NCBI GenBank assembly: GCA_038231135.1
Contig: JBBRLX010000018.1
Location: 8,601-72,600, forward strand
Direction: 5' to 3'
Source of the DNA: Candidatus Eiseniibacteriota bacterium
Lineage (GTDB): Bacteria; Eisenbacteria; RBG-16-71-46
DNA: 64,000 nucleotides
The position numbers and the translations under genes are program-made. Below are positions 16,801 through 25,602 of this stretch, piece after piece. The notes below the pieces were generated by a model. It was not told the origin of the DNA, did no database searches, and saw nothing but the letters and a program-made list of their open reading frames with translations. Position 1 is the first letter of the stretch. Each line of letters begins with the position of its first letter.

Positions 16801-18396
16801 CTAGTTCTTCGTCGTGTCCGGCCGCGCCGGCGCCGGCGCGATGCCCGGGGTCGACGGCGCGGGAGTCACCGGTGCCGGAGTCACCGGTGCGGCAAGGGTA
16901 TCGGGCGGAGCGGAACCCGACCCGGGCGCCGGCGCCGTGTTGCCGCTCTTCTCCAGCAGCCGGCGGCGCTGGACTTCCTTCTTCAGCACGTCCTTGTTGA
17001 GGACCACGAACTCGACGCGGCGATTGCGCGACCGGTTGAGTTCGTTCGTGTTCGGCACCAGCGGACGTGACTTGCCGTAGCCCCTGGCGGTGAACTGCTC
17101 GGGCTTGAGGCTGAACTTGGTTTCGAGGTAGGTCGCGACCGACTGGGCGCGGGCCTCGCTCAGCTTCTGGTTGTACTTCACGGCACCCTTGTCGTCGGTG
17201 TGGCCGCCGATCTCGATCTTGAGCTCCTGCCACTTGCTCAGCACCTGGCCCACCACGTCGAGACGCGGCAGCGATTCCGGCAACAGGTCGGCCTTCGCGG
17301 TCTCGAAGTTGATGTCCTGGAGCCGGATCATGCCGGTGTCGAGCAGTTCGGTCTCCTTCTCCATCACTTCGATCGGGCAGCCGTTCGCGTCCACGCGCAA
17401 GCCGGCCGCCGTGTCCGGGCACTTGTCGAGCCCATCGGGAACGCCATCGCCGTCCGAGTCCTTGGGGCAGCCCAAGGCATCGACCGTCGCGCCCTTCGGG
17501 GTGCTCGGGCACTGATCGATGCCGTCGAGCACGCCGTCGCCATCGGCGTCGGACGGGCAGCCCTTGGCGTCGACCGTGGCGCCCTTCGGCGTGTCGGCGC
17601 ACTGGTCGAGACCGTCGAACACGCCATCGCCGTCGGTATCGTGCGGGCAGCCTCTGGCGTCGACCGTGGCGCCCTTCGGGGTGTTCGGGCACTGGTCGAT
17701 GCCGTCGAGCACGCCGTCGCCGTCCGAGTCCTTGGGGCAGCCGGTCGCGTCGACCGTGGCGCCCTTCGGGGTGTCGGGGCACTTGTCCTTGCGGTCGGGA
17801 ACGCCGTCCTGATCGGTGTCGCGCGGCTTGCTGCCCAGCGCGAGCACCAGTCCGCCGCCGAGCACCCAGGTGTGCGACTCGATCGTGGTCGACTTCTCCT
17901 TGTTCAGCCACATCAGGTCGCGCGCTTCGACGCGGAGGCCGATCTGGTCCGTGAACCACAGCTTGAGCCCGCCGCCCGCTTCGAAATTCCCCTGCTTGAG
18001 CTTGTCGCCGCTGCCGCCGGCGATCTTGAGCTGGCTCATGCCGAAGCCGACGGACACGAACGGTCCGCCGATCAGACCCTGGAACGGGGACAGCACCAGG
18101 TTGCCCGAGCCGTGCAGGAAGTCGACGTCGCTGCCACCCGTCGTGTCTTCGCTGGTGGCGGTGAATCCGGCCACGCCTTCGATGCCGATCCACGGCTTCA
18201 ACTGCCAGCCGATCCGGCCGCCCAGGTTGTAGTCGTCCGCCAGGTGGGCGTGCGGGAACCGCAGGTCGCCGTCGAACACCGTGTAGCCGCCGAACGGGAT
18301 CAGATAGCCGTAGGACCCGGTCGGCTCGGCGATGGCGCGGCCTGCGCTGCACACCGCGAGCAGCGCAAGACCCGCGAGTACGAAGCGCGCACGCAT
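16801..18396 (-). CDS. OmpA-family outer membrane protein (beta-barrel, 5 thrombospondin type-3 repeats, OmpA_C, Pro-rich tail)
   Basis: ORF 16801..19983 trimmed to ATG 18396, preceded by AGGAGG. It has a signal peptide MRARFVLAGLALLAVCSAGRAIA and an N-terminal barrel. Five 30-aa repeats follow, of the form DxDGDGVxDxxDxCPxTPKGATVDxxGCP. The OmpA_C motif is IEIGGHTDDKGAVKYNQKLSEARAQSV...NRRVEFVV. Confidence 0.9.
   Translation of the reverse strand: MRARFVLAGLALLAVCSAGRAIAEPTGSYGYLIPFGGYTVFDGDLRFPHAHLADDYNLGGRIGWQLKPWIGIEGVAGFTATSEDTTGGSDVDFLHGSGNLVLSPFQGLIGGPFVSVGFGMSQLKIAGGSGDKLKQGNFEAGGGLKLWFTDQIGLRVEARDLMWLNKEKSTTIESHTWVLGGGLVLALGSKPRDTDQDGVPDRKDKCPDTPKGATVDATGCPKDSDGDGVLDGIDQCPNTPKGATVDARGCPHDTDGDGVFDGLDQCADTPKGATVDAKGCPSDADGDGVLDGIDQCPSTPKGATVDALGCPKDSDGDGVPDGLDKCPDTAAGLRVDANGCPIEVMEKETELLDTGMIRLQDINFETAKADLLPESLPRLDVVGQVLSKWQELKIEIGGHTDDKGAVKYNQKLSEARAQSVATYLETKFSLKPEQFTARGYGKSRPLVPNTNELNRSRNRRVEFVVLNKDVLKKEVQRRRLLEKSGNTAPAPGSGSAPPDTLAAPVTPAPVTPAPSTPGIAPAPARPDTTKN
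17371..17820 (-). repeat. Five tandem 90-bp in-frame repeats (TSP3 calcium-binding repeats inside the ompA-family gene)
   Basis: The DNA periodicity is visible as the recurring gcccttcggggt...gggcactggtcgatgccgtcgagcacgccgtcgcc. It encodes residues about 193-343 of the OmpA-family protein. Confidence 0.85.
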
Positions 18397-18500
18397 GCAA
18401 GACCTCCTGGTTACGGGATTCCGGTTCACGCACAACGGCTGCAGTCGGACGATTTCGCGGGACGATAGCCGCGAACCGAGGGTAAAGGCAAAACAGGCTG

Positions 18501-19838
18501 CTAGAAGATGGCTTGCAGGGTCAGGAACCCCTTGTCGTGGTGGAACCACACCGGATAGGGCTCGGGATCGAGCTCGATGCCCTCCACGCCCGAGATCGTC
18601 ACGCGCCCGAAGCGCGCCGCGAGGCCCAGGTAACCGCGGGACTCGTTGCGGGTGCCGTAGCTGTGCTGGAACACCAGCCCCGACTGGGCGACGTCCACCC
18701 GGTCGAACATGCCGCCGGCGCGCACCGTGAGCCGCGGGTGCGCCCGCCACGAGAGTTCGGCCTGCGCGACCCGGTCGAGCGCGCCGAAAGCGCCCGGACC
18801 GAGCGGCGCCGTGTGATGCTGCGCGCGGTTCGAGTAGACGTAGCTCAACTCGGCGCCGAGGTTCCGCGCGAGGTCGCGACGCACCGTCGCTTCGCCCGAC
18901 CAGCCGCGCCGATAGTTGCCGCCGGGCCCGACCCCGGCACCCACCAGCGCCGCGGTGCTGTACGCCTGCTGGTTCGAGCCCGTGAGCTCCCACTCGCAGC
19001 CGAGGGCCCGGACCAGGACGTCCGCCGTCACCTGGGTGCCCCACAGCGTGGTGAGCGTGACCGAGTCCGGATCGACGGTGCCCGGGACGCTCTTCTCCGA
19101 CGGCGTGAGATACCGCGCCTGCACGTCGGCCGACCAGTGGTCGTGGCGGCTCGCCACCCGCAGCGCCGGTTCCCAGGGATGCCGGAGATAGGCCTCGACG
19201 TGATTCCCCACGCGCGTCTGCCGGAACGCCCACAAATTGTTGAACAGGTCCTCGAGCCCAAACGTGGCTGTGACCTGGAACGCGGTGGTGTCCGCGCCCA
19301 GCTCCCAGCTCACGGCGAAGTCCTGGCGACTCTTGTCGAAGAACGGCCGGAACATGCCGACCACCGTGCCGCGCACGATCGGGTAGCGGAACTGCAGGTC
19401 CACGTAGTCGAAGCGGGAGATGTCGTCGTCGTTCTGGCGCATCAGCACGGCGAATTTCGCGCGGTCGCCGAGCTCTGTCTGGGCCTTGAGGTCGGTGTGG
19501 ATGAACCACTGCCCGGACGTGAGGCAGCCTTCCTGGGTGCGGAACGCGTTCGTCGCGCGCTGCCAGGCCGGCAGCCACTCGCGCGGTGCATGGGTCAGCA
19601 GGTGGTCGATGACGCTCTCGTCGTCCTCCTCCTGCTGCCAGACGTCGAACGTCGAGAATTCCTCGGTGCCGGCGCGGGCGGGGCGCGGCAGCATCAAGAG
19701 CGCCATGATGCACGCGACCCGCAGCCCGAGCGCCGCGGCGTATTCGAACGCGGCAGGGGCGCGGAATCCCCGGCACACGGACGCGCCGGCGCTGCGAACC
19801 CGCAGCGACCCGGGGAGCGCCGATACCGCAGCCGGCAT
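18501..19838 (-). CDS. Putative outer-membrane beta-barrel protein, unknown function
   Basis: About 445 aa with a hydrophobic leader ...LGLRVACIMALLMLPRPARA. The sequence is rich in alternating aromatic/polar strands. It ends ...GFLTLQAIF, with a terminal Phe typical of an OMP beta-signal. ATG 19838 shares one nt with the eda TGA (TGATG). The start is uncertain; ATG 19706 is the alternative. Confidence 0.55.
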   Translation of the reverse strand: MPAAVSALPGSLRVRSAGASVCRGFRAPAAFEYAAALGLRVACIMALLMLPRPARAGTEEFSTFDVWQQEEDDESVIDHLLTHAPREWLPAWQRATNAFRTQEGCLTSGQWFIHTDLKAQTELGDRAKFAVLMRQNDDDISRFDYVDLQFRYPIVRGTVVGMFRPFFDKSRQDFAVSWELGADTTAFQVTATFGLEDLFNNLWAFRQTRVGNHVEAYLRHPWEPALRVASRHDHWSADVQARYLTPSEKSVPGTVDPDSVTLTTLWGTQVTADVLVRALGCEWELTGSNQQAYSTAALVGAGVGPGGNYRRGWSGEATVRRDLARNLGAELSYVYSNRAQHHTAPLGPGAFGALDRVAQAELSWRAHPRLTVRAGGMFDRVDVAQSGLVFQHSYGTRNESRGYLGLAARFGRVTISGVEGIELDPEPYPVWFHHDKGFLTLQAIF

Positions 19839-20500
19839 CACTGTGCCGCCCGGGCGGCTCCGGTGCGTGCGAACGGGCGGATGGCGTCCACGAACGCGCG
19901 GGCGCGCCGGGTGATCTCGGCGAAGTCGCCCGCGGCGGCCAGCGCGGGATCGGCGAGCGATGCGCCGAGCCCGACGCCGACACAGCCCGCCTCGAGGAAC
20001 AGCGTGACGTTGTCGAGATTCGTCCCGCCCGCGGCGAGCATCGGCACGTCGGGCAGCGGATCGCGGATCACGCGGATGTAGGCCGGGCCGCCCGCGACGC
20101 CGACCGGGTACACCTTGATCACGTGCGCCCCGGCATCGCGCGCCGCGAGGATCTCATTCGTGGTGTAGGCGCCGGGCACGTACATCATCCGTGAGTCGAG
20201 CGCGAGGCGAGCCACGGCGAGATTCAGGTTCGGCGCCACGATGAACCGGGCGCCGGCATCGAACGCCATGCGGCACTGGTCCGCGGTGAGCACGGTGCCG
20301 GCGCCGACCGTGACGCCGGGCTGCGACGCCAGCGCGCGCATCACCCGCGGAGCGTCGGGCACGGTATAGGTGACCTCGAGCAGCGGGATACCGCCCTCGG
20401 CCACCGCGCGCGCGGCGCCGAGCGCCGCGTCCGGCGTGGCGGCGCGGATCACCGCGATGAGGCGCGTGGCATGGAGCGTGTCGAGCGCGGATGGCTGCAT
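19838..20500 (-). CDS. eda: KDPG/KHG aldolase
   Basis: ORF 19838..20674 trimmed to ATG 20500. MQPSALDTLHATRLIAVIRA...GGIPLLEVTY...GAGTVL...GARFIVAPN...VKVYPV...MLAAGGT, the Eda-type class I aldolase pattern. Confidence 0.85.
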   Translation of the reverse strand: MQPSALDTLHATRLIAVIRAATPDAALGAARAVAEGGIPLLEVTYTVPDAPRVMRALASQPGVTVGAGTVLTADQCRMAFDAGARFIVAPNLNLAVARLALDSRMMYVPGAYTTNEILAARDAGAHVIKVYPVGVAGGPAYIRVIRDPLPDVPMLAAGGTNLDNVTLFLEAGCVGVGLGASLADPALAAAGDFAEITRRARAFVDAIRPFARTGAARAAQ

Positions 20501-20541
20501 GGAGGAAGCGTAGCAGCGGACGTGGAGGTTGGCGAAATCGG

Positions 20542-20790
20542 TCAGGTCGCCTGCGGACCCTGGCCGTAGCCGCGTTCGGCCATGCGCCTGCCGCTCAGCG
20601 CGTGATGTTCGGGCGCCATGGGGTGGACGCCGGCGCCGTCGCACCAGCGATTGTAGAAGTTGAACAGCGCGCACACCGAGACGGCGTCGTAGATCGCCTC
20701 GGCGGGATCATTCAGCAGTTCCGCCGCGACCGCCCCAATCGCCCGCGCCGCATCGAGATGCCACGCCGCGCCGCCTATGGCAGTATCCCG
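20542..20790 (-). pseudogene. C-terminal remnant of a carboxymuconolactone decarboxylase (AhpD-like) family gene
   Basis: The translation ...AAWHLDAARAIGAVAAELLNDPAEAIYDAVSVCALFNFYNRWCDGAGVHP resembles only the last third of CMD-family proteins. There is no in-frame ATG/GTG/TTG between here and the asmA-family start. The only upstream start (20910) would overlap that gene antisense and would add an R/G/A-rich N-terminus. Confidence 0.3.
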
Positions 20791-20792
20791 CC

Positions 20793-23378
20793 ATGACCAC
20801 GGCGCCTGGATCCCGTTCCGCCCTGCGAACGCTGGGAGTCGTGGCGGGCGTGCTGCTCGTCCTCGTCGCCGTCGCATGGGCCGCGCTCGCGATCCTGTTC
20901 CCGCCGGCAAAGCTCCGCGCCATCGTCGCGCGCCAGCTCAGCACCGCCCTGGTGCGCCCGGTGCGGTTCGAGGACGCGCACCTGAGCCTGTGGCCGCCCG
21001 TGCGGTTGGCGGTGACGAACCTCGCGATGTCCGAGCCCGGCGGCTTCACGCGCGGCACGATGTTCCGCACGCAGGAGCTGAACCTCGATCTCGACGTGTG
21101 GGCCCTGCTGTCGCACCGCATGGTGATCCGCAGCCTCACGCTCGACGGGCCCGAGTTGCACATCGTGCTGGGGGCCGATGGCGGCACGAACCTAGACGGC
21201 ATCGGCCGGCCGGCGGCGGCGCAGCCGCCTGCATCGCAGCAGCCGATGGATCTGTCGGTGAACGAATTCTCGATCACGAACGGCAGCGTGCTGGTGGACG
21301 ATCTCTCGCGCCGTCGCCGAACGATGTTCGACATCGGCACGCATGTCGCGCTCGACGTGCGCGGTGGCACCCGCGTGAACACGCACGGCGAGACCCGCAT
21401 CGAGCACCTGGCGTTCGGCACGCTCGCGGCGGCGCGGCCCGCCGACTTCGACCGCTCGCTCGCGGCGCTGACGTGGCGGATCGAGCACCGCGGCGCGTTC
21501 GATTCCGCGCTTCAGCGGCTGGCGTTCGAGCAACTGGCGCTGCGCTTCGGCAACACCAGCCTCGCGCTGTCGGGAATCGTGGATCACCCGGGCCTCAGAC
21601 CGGCGGTGGATCTGAAGGCCCGCGGCGCGGGCGTCGACATCGCCGAAATCCTGGGATTCCTCGGCCACGCCGACGCGCGCGCGCTCCAGGGGATCCATGG
21701 CGCGGGGGCGCTCGACTTCGACCTCGGGATCCGCGGGGCGCTGGGTGCGGGGCCCGCGGGCGCCGCGCCGCGGCTGCCGGCGATCACCGGCACGATGCGG
21801 CTCGCGAACGCGTGGTTCCAGTACCCGGGAGCGCCGGCGCGCGTCGAGGGGCTGGCGTTCCACGCACGCTTCGCGCCCGACTCGCTCGGCATCGGTGACC
21901 TGGTCGCGAGCGTGAAGCAGCAGCCGCTCCGTGCGGCGCTCGTGGTCACGCACTTCGCGGATCCGCATGTGCGGTTCGGGGTGCAGGGCAACATCGATCT
22001 CGCCGCAGTCGCGCCGTTCCTGGTCGCGAGCGGCGGCAACGTCTCCGGCCGGGCCGCGGTGGATCTGCGTGGCGAGGGCCGCGCCAGGGATCCGGGGGCG
22101 ATGGCGCTGAGCGGCCGCGCGCTGCTGTCGAACGTGCGCGTGAAGCAGCCGGCGCTCGCCAGGGAGTTCGAGAACGTGCAGGGCACGATCGAGTTCTCGC
22201 AGACCCAGGCCAGCATCACCGGACTCACCGGCCAGGCCGGCAAGACCCAGTTCGCGCTCGACGCCCGTGTCGACCGGCCGCTGGCATTGCTCGCGAAGCC
22301 GGGCGACCATCCGATGCCCGAACCCGCGGGCGTTTCGTTCGCGTTCCGCGCGCCCTACCTGGACGTCGCGGAGGTGATGCCGCGCGGTGGCGGCGGGATC
22401 GTGCTGCCAAACGCGCGCGGTGGCGGCACGGTGGCGATCGGCCGGCTAAGGAACCAGCGGCTCGACATGACCGCCGTCCAGGCCAACGTGACGCTCGAAC
22501 CCACCGCGCTCGCGGTGCCGAACTTCACCGGCCGTATCTACGAGGGCCTCATGGCCGGTGCCGCGCGATTCGACCTGGCCGACACCAGCCGGCCGGTGAT
22601 TACCGTGAATGCGCGGCTCGACAGCGCGCGGATCGAGCGCGTGCTCGGCACCTGGGTGCCGCCGGGCAACTGGCTCAGCGGTTCGCTCAGCACGTCGATC
22701 GACCTCAACGGCAACCTCAAGGACCTGCAGCGGTCACTGACCGCGGCCGGGCTCGCCGCGGTGTGGAACGGGGCGTTCGCGCAATCGCCGCTGTTCGATC
22801 GCATCGCCGAGTTCGCGCGCATTCCGGCGTTCCGGCGGCCCAGCTTCCACGATCTCAAGTCGAACTTCCGGGTCGACCACGGCCGCGTGTTCACGGGGCC
22901 TGCCACGCTGCACGGCCCGCAGGGCGACTGGCTGGTGGGCGGCTCGATCGGGCTCGACGGCACGCTCGACTACGCGGTGAGCGTGACGGTGCCGCCCACG
23001 CTGGTGCAGCAGCTCGGCGCCCGTGCCGCGCTCGCCGCCGGCGCGCTCGCGGACGATCAGGGCCGCGTGCTGCTGGATTTCCGGGTGTCGGGCCCCGCTC
23101 GCGCGCCAAGAGTGGCGTGGGACCCGGCCGCGATGCAGTCCCGGCTCATGGGCCGCGCGTCGCAGGCGATCGAACAGGAGAAGCAGAAGTACGAGCAGGT
23201 GGTGCGCGACACGCTCGCCGCGCAGCAACGCGCGATGCAGGACAGCGCGCGCGCGGTAGCCGACCGGTATCGCCGGGCGACGACGGACAGTCTCGCCGGT
23301 AAGGGCCGCAAGCTGCTGGAGGGGTGGTTCGGCCGGGTCACGACCCCGCCGCCGCCGGCCGACACGACGCACCGGTAG
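20793..23378 (+). CDS. AsmA-family protein
   Basis: 861 aa. N-terminal anchor LRTLGVVAGVLLVLVAVAWAALAILF, then ...RFEDAHLSLWPPVRLAVTNLAMSEPGGF... and a long repetitive beta-rich body typical of AsmA/TamB-like proteins. Confidence 0.8.
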   Translation: MTTAPGSRSALRTLGVVAGVLLVLVAVAWAALAILFPPAKLRAIVARQLSTALVRPVRFEDAHLSLWPPVRLAVTNLAMSEPGGFTRGTMFRTQELNLDLDVWALLSHRMVIRSLTLDGPELHIVLGADGGTNLDGIGRPAAAQPPASQQPMDLSVNEFSITNGSVLVDDLSRRRRTMFDIGTHVALDVRGGTRVNTHGETRIEHLAFGTLAAARPADFDRSLAALTWRIEHRGAFDSALQRLAFEQLALRFGNTSLALSGIVDHPGLRPAVDLKARGAGVDIAEILGFLGHADARALQGIHGAGALDFDLGIRGALGAGPAGAAPRLPAITGTMRLANAWFQYPGAPARVEGLAFHARFAPDSLGIGDLVASVKQQPLRAALVVTHFADPHVRFGVQGNIDLAAVAPFLVASGGNVSGRAAVDLRGEGRARDPGAMALSGRALLSNVRVKQPALAREFENVQGTIEFSQTQASITGLTGQAGKTQFALDARVDRPLALLAKPGDHPMPEPAGVSFAFRAPYLDVAEVMPRGGGGIVLPNARGGGTVAIGRLRNQRLDMTAVQANVTLEPTALAVPNFTGRIYEGLMAGAARFDLADTSRPVITVNARLDSARIERVLGTWVPPGNWLSGSLSTSIDLNGNLKDLQRSLTAAGLAAVWNGAFAQSPLFDRIAEFARIPAFRRPSFHDLKSNFRVDHGRVFTGPATLHGPQGDWLVGGSIGLDGTLDYAVSVTVPPTLVQQLGARAALAAGALADDQGRVLLDFRVSGPARAPRVAWDPAAMQSRLMGRASQAIEQEKQKYEQVVRDTLAAQQRAMQDSARAVADRYRRATTDSLAGKGRKLLEGWFGRVTTPPPPADTTHR

Positions 23379-23382
23379 CGCG

Positions 23383-25566
23383 TCAGGCGCTGTCGCGGAG
23401 GTGGCTCGTGACGGCTTCCTCGCCGACGTGATCGAGGTCCTCGACCCACAACCGCAACAGCGCGGCGGCCGCGGGGGGCGAGGCCGAACCGCGTTCGCCG
23501 GGCGGCGGCATTTGGGTTTCGCTCACTCCCCACGTTTCCGGCAGCGTGCCCAGGCCGTCCTCCGCCATCCACGCACACAGCGCCGCGACGCGCTCGCGGG
23601 CGCGGTCCAGTGCGGCCGGGCTGCGCCCGTTGGCGCGCAGGTGCGCCGCCAGGAACAGCGGCAGCCACTCGACGCGCGCCACTTCGGAGCGGGGCGCGAG
23701 TCGCAATCCGAACGGCGTCACCAGCTCACGATCGATGGTCTCGACCAGCGCCATCGCGCGCTCGCGCGGCAGCAGTGCGGGCGTGAAGCTGGCCGCCCAC
23801 AGTTGGGATGGCATGAGCCCCGGCACCGGCTCCTCGTCCCTAAGCATGGTGTAGAGACAGTGCCGCGCGGGATCCCAGAACCGGTCATTGAACCGGGTCT
23901 GGTGTTCGTGGGCCCACGCCACGTAGAACGCGGCGTTCTCGCGGCGGCCCACGCCGCGGGCGAGCTGCGCCATGGCGACATAGGCGTGGTACCACAGCGC
24001 GTTCAGGTCGGAGCGCTTGATCGTGCGGGATCGCGGCGGCTCGGGCGCCGGCCTGCTGCGGGCGCGCGGTTTGAGCGCGGCGGCCGCAGCCCGGGCGAGC
24101 TCCGCCGCGTGCGCCGCCAGCTCCTCGGCATCCGGTGGCTGGATCGTCATCAACAGGCCGTCCGAGTCGATGCGCAATCCACCCGGCGCTCCCGAGCGGC
24201 AATAGCGCATCAGCTCTTCCAGCGCGGGATACAGCAGATCGCGGCCGAACTCGAGGTCCTCGCTGCGGCGCACGTAGCGCTCGCCGGCGATCACGAGCCA
24301 CAGCGCCGGTTCCGGATCGCCGTACACCGGCGTGCCGTCGATCTCGTAACGCTCGGGAACCCGGCCTTCGTTCAGGAACTCGAGGCAGCCGCGCAGGATC
24401 TCGCGCGCGGTGCCGAATCCGCGGACCGCGAGCAGTGCGAGCACGGAGCGCAGCGCGGCGCTGGTGTTCTCTTCGACCAGCGGCAGCGCGCTCGCGATCG
24501 TGAGCCGCGAGCCGTGTCTCACGAATCCCTTGCCCACGGCGCTCGCCAGCATCCGGGTCCACGCGCCGGGCTCGAGCGCGTCCGGCAGCCCGTCGGCCTT
24601 GCGTGCCCCTGCCGCCTCGCGCGCGGTGTCGAGCGCGCCCGCCCCCGCGGCGCGCAGCCATGAATCCTGCCGCTCGCGCTCATCGATCTCGAGCGCGGCG
24701 ACGCACTCGGCGAGCGTGCGGGGCGGCACCGATCCCAGCCGGCCTTCGGCCGCGAGCCTGCGGAACAGCTCGCGTTCCGTCGACGCCACGACGTGGACCG
24801 AGGCCCCGTGCGCGAGTTGGCCTTCGACGTAGCCGGGCAGGTAGGCGGGTTCCGTGGCAGGGTCGTCGGGCGGGATGCGCAGCGACGTCCACGCGCGTCC
24901 GGGCAGGAACGCGCCGTTGTGCCACAGCGTGAGCGGCACGCCCTCCGGAGTGAACTGTATGGTGATGCGCCCGGGAATCCCCTGCACGGTGGGGGTGTCT
25001 GGATCCGCGGCCACTTCGGTGTGGGCGCCGCCGGCGCCGGCGCGTTTCGAGGCGGCGGGACGGGCGCGATCCGTCCTCCGGGCCTGCGCGGGAACCTCGA
25101 CAGCGTCGGGCTGCGGCACGAGGGGCCGGGACACCAGCACCGGGCTCGCCGTCATGCGGAGCGCTGGGCCGTCGATCAGCCGGTAGGAAACGATGACCGC
25201 GTCGTGGCCCCATACCAGCATCAGCGTCTTTTCGATCAGGCTCAAACCGACGCGATAGCGCCACGCTGGCCACGGGTCGACCGTGAACGATTCCAGCAGG
25301 CGATGTCCCGCCGGGCGGGCGGTGCCGTTCGGCTGCACCACGCAGGCCAGTTCGAACGGGCCCTCGTCGGTGAGCACCCGCTCGTCGATTCGAAGCAGGG
25401 TCGCCCAGGGCCGCCCATGGACGTGGGCGGCGAGCGCGGCGTGCGTATGGCGCGTGATCGCACCCGCGGCGGTTCCCGAAGCCGAGCCGCCGATTCCGTT
25501 CGCGATCATCCACTCGCACGCCAGCGCGCGAGGGAGCCTTGTAAGGACATCCTGTCCGAGGCTCAT
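23383..25566 (-). CDS. Glycogen debranching enzyme-type protein (GDE N-terminal domain plus amylo-alpha-1,6-glucosidase-like domain)
   Basis: 727 aa. The N-terminus EWMIANGIGGSASGTAAGAITRHTHAAL...TLMLVWGHDAVIVSY matches the bacterial/archaeal GDE_N pattern. The C-terminal (alpha/alpha)6-like region has ...NALWYHAYVAMAQLA... and ...PFGLRLAP... Confidence 0.8.
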   Translation of the reverse strand: MSLGQDVLTRLPRALACEWMIANGIGGSASGTAAGAITRHTHAALAAHVHGRPWATLLRIDERVLTDEGPFELACVVQPNGTARPAGHRLLESFTVDPWPAWRYRVGLSLIEKTLMLVWGHDAVIVSYRLIDGPALRMTASPVLVSRPLVPQPDAVEVPAQARRTDRARPAASKRAGAGGAHTEVAADPDTPTVQGIPGRITIQFTPEGVPLTLWHNGAFLPGRAWTSLRIPPDDPATEPAYLPGYVEGQLAHGASVHVVASTERELFRRLAAEGRLGSVPPRTLAECVAALEIDERERQDSWLRAAGAGALDTAREAAGARKADGLPDALEPGAWTRMLASAVGKGFVRHGSRLTIASALPLVEENTSAALRSVLALLAVRGFGTAREILRGCLEFLNEGRVPERYEIDGTPVYGDPEPALWLVIAGERYVRRSEDLEFGRDLLYPALEELMRYCRSGAPGGLRIDSDGLLMTIQPPDAEELAAHAAELARAAAAALKPRARSRPAPEPPRSRTIKRSDLNALWYHAYVAMAQLARGVGRRENAAFYVAWAHEHQTRFNDRFWDPARHCLYTMLRDEEPVPGLMPSQLWAASFTPALLPRERAMALVETIDRELVTPFGLRLAPRSEVARVEWLPLFLAAHLRANGRSPAALDRARERVAALCAWMAEDGLGTLPETWGVSETQMPPPGERGSASPPAAAALLRLWVEDLDHVGEEAVTSHLRDSA

Positions 25567-25602
25567 CGCAACCAGCCTACACCAACGCCCTGGCCTGTGG
25601 TA

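Noticed and set aside
17371-17820. Tandem repeats considered as a possible CRISPR-like or VNTR array
   Set aside because: The repeats are 90 bp, contiguous with no spacers, and in frame. They encode thrombospondin type-3 repeats of the OmpA-family protein.
14190-18433. 744-aa and 960-aa ORFs suggesting fused protease-amidohydrolase and amidohydrolase-OmpA proteins
   Set aside because: Internal ATGs at 15554 and 16726 coincide with stop/start overlaps and with the true N-termini of the recognisable domains. The upstream parts are low-complexity shadow sequence.
16801-19983. 1060-aa minus-strand ORF spanning the OmpA gene and the region upstream
   Set aside because: Only the C-terminal 531 aa (from ATG 18396, preceded by AGGAGG) form the OmpA-family protein. 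The N-terminal half is an R/G/P/A-rich shadow frame running across the separate OM-barrel gene, which lies in another frame.
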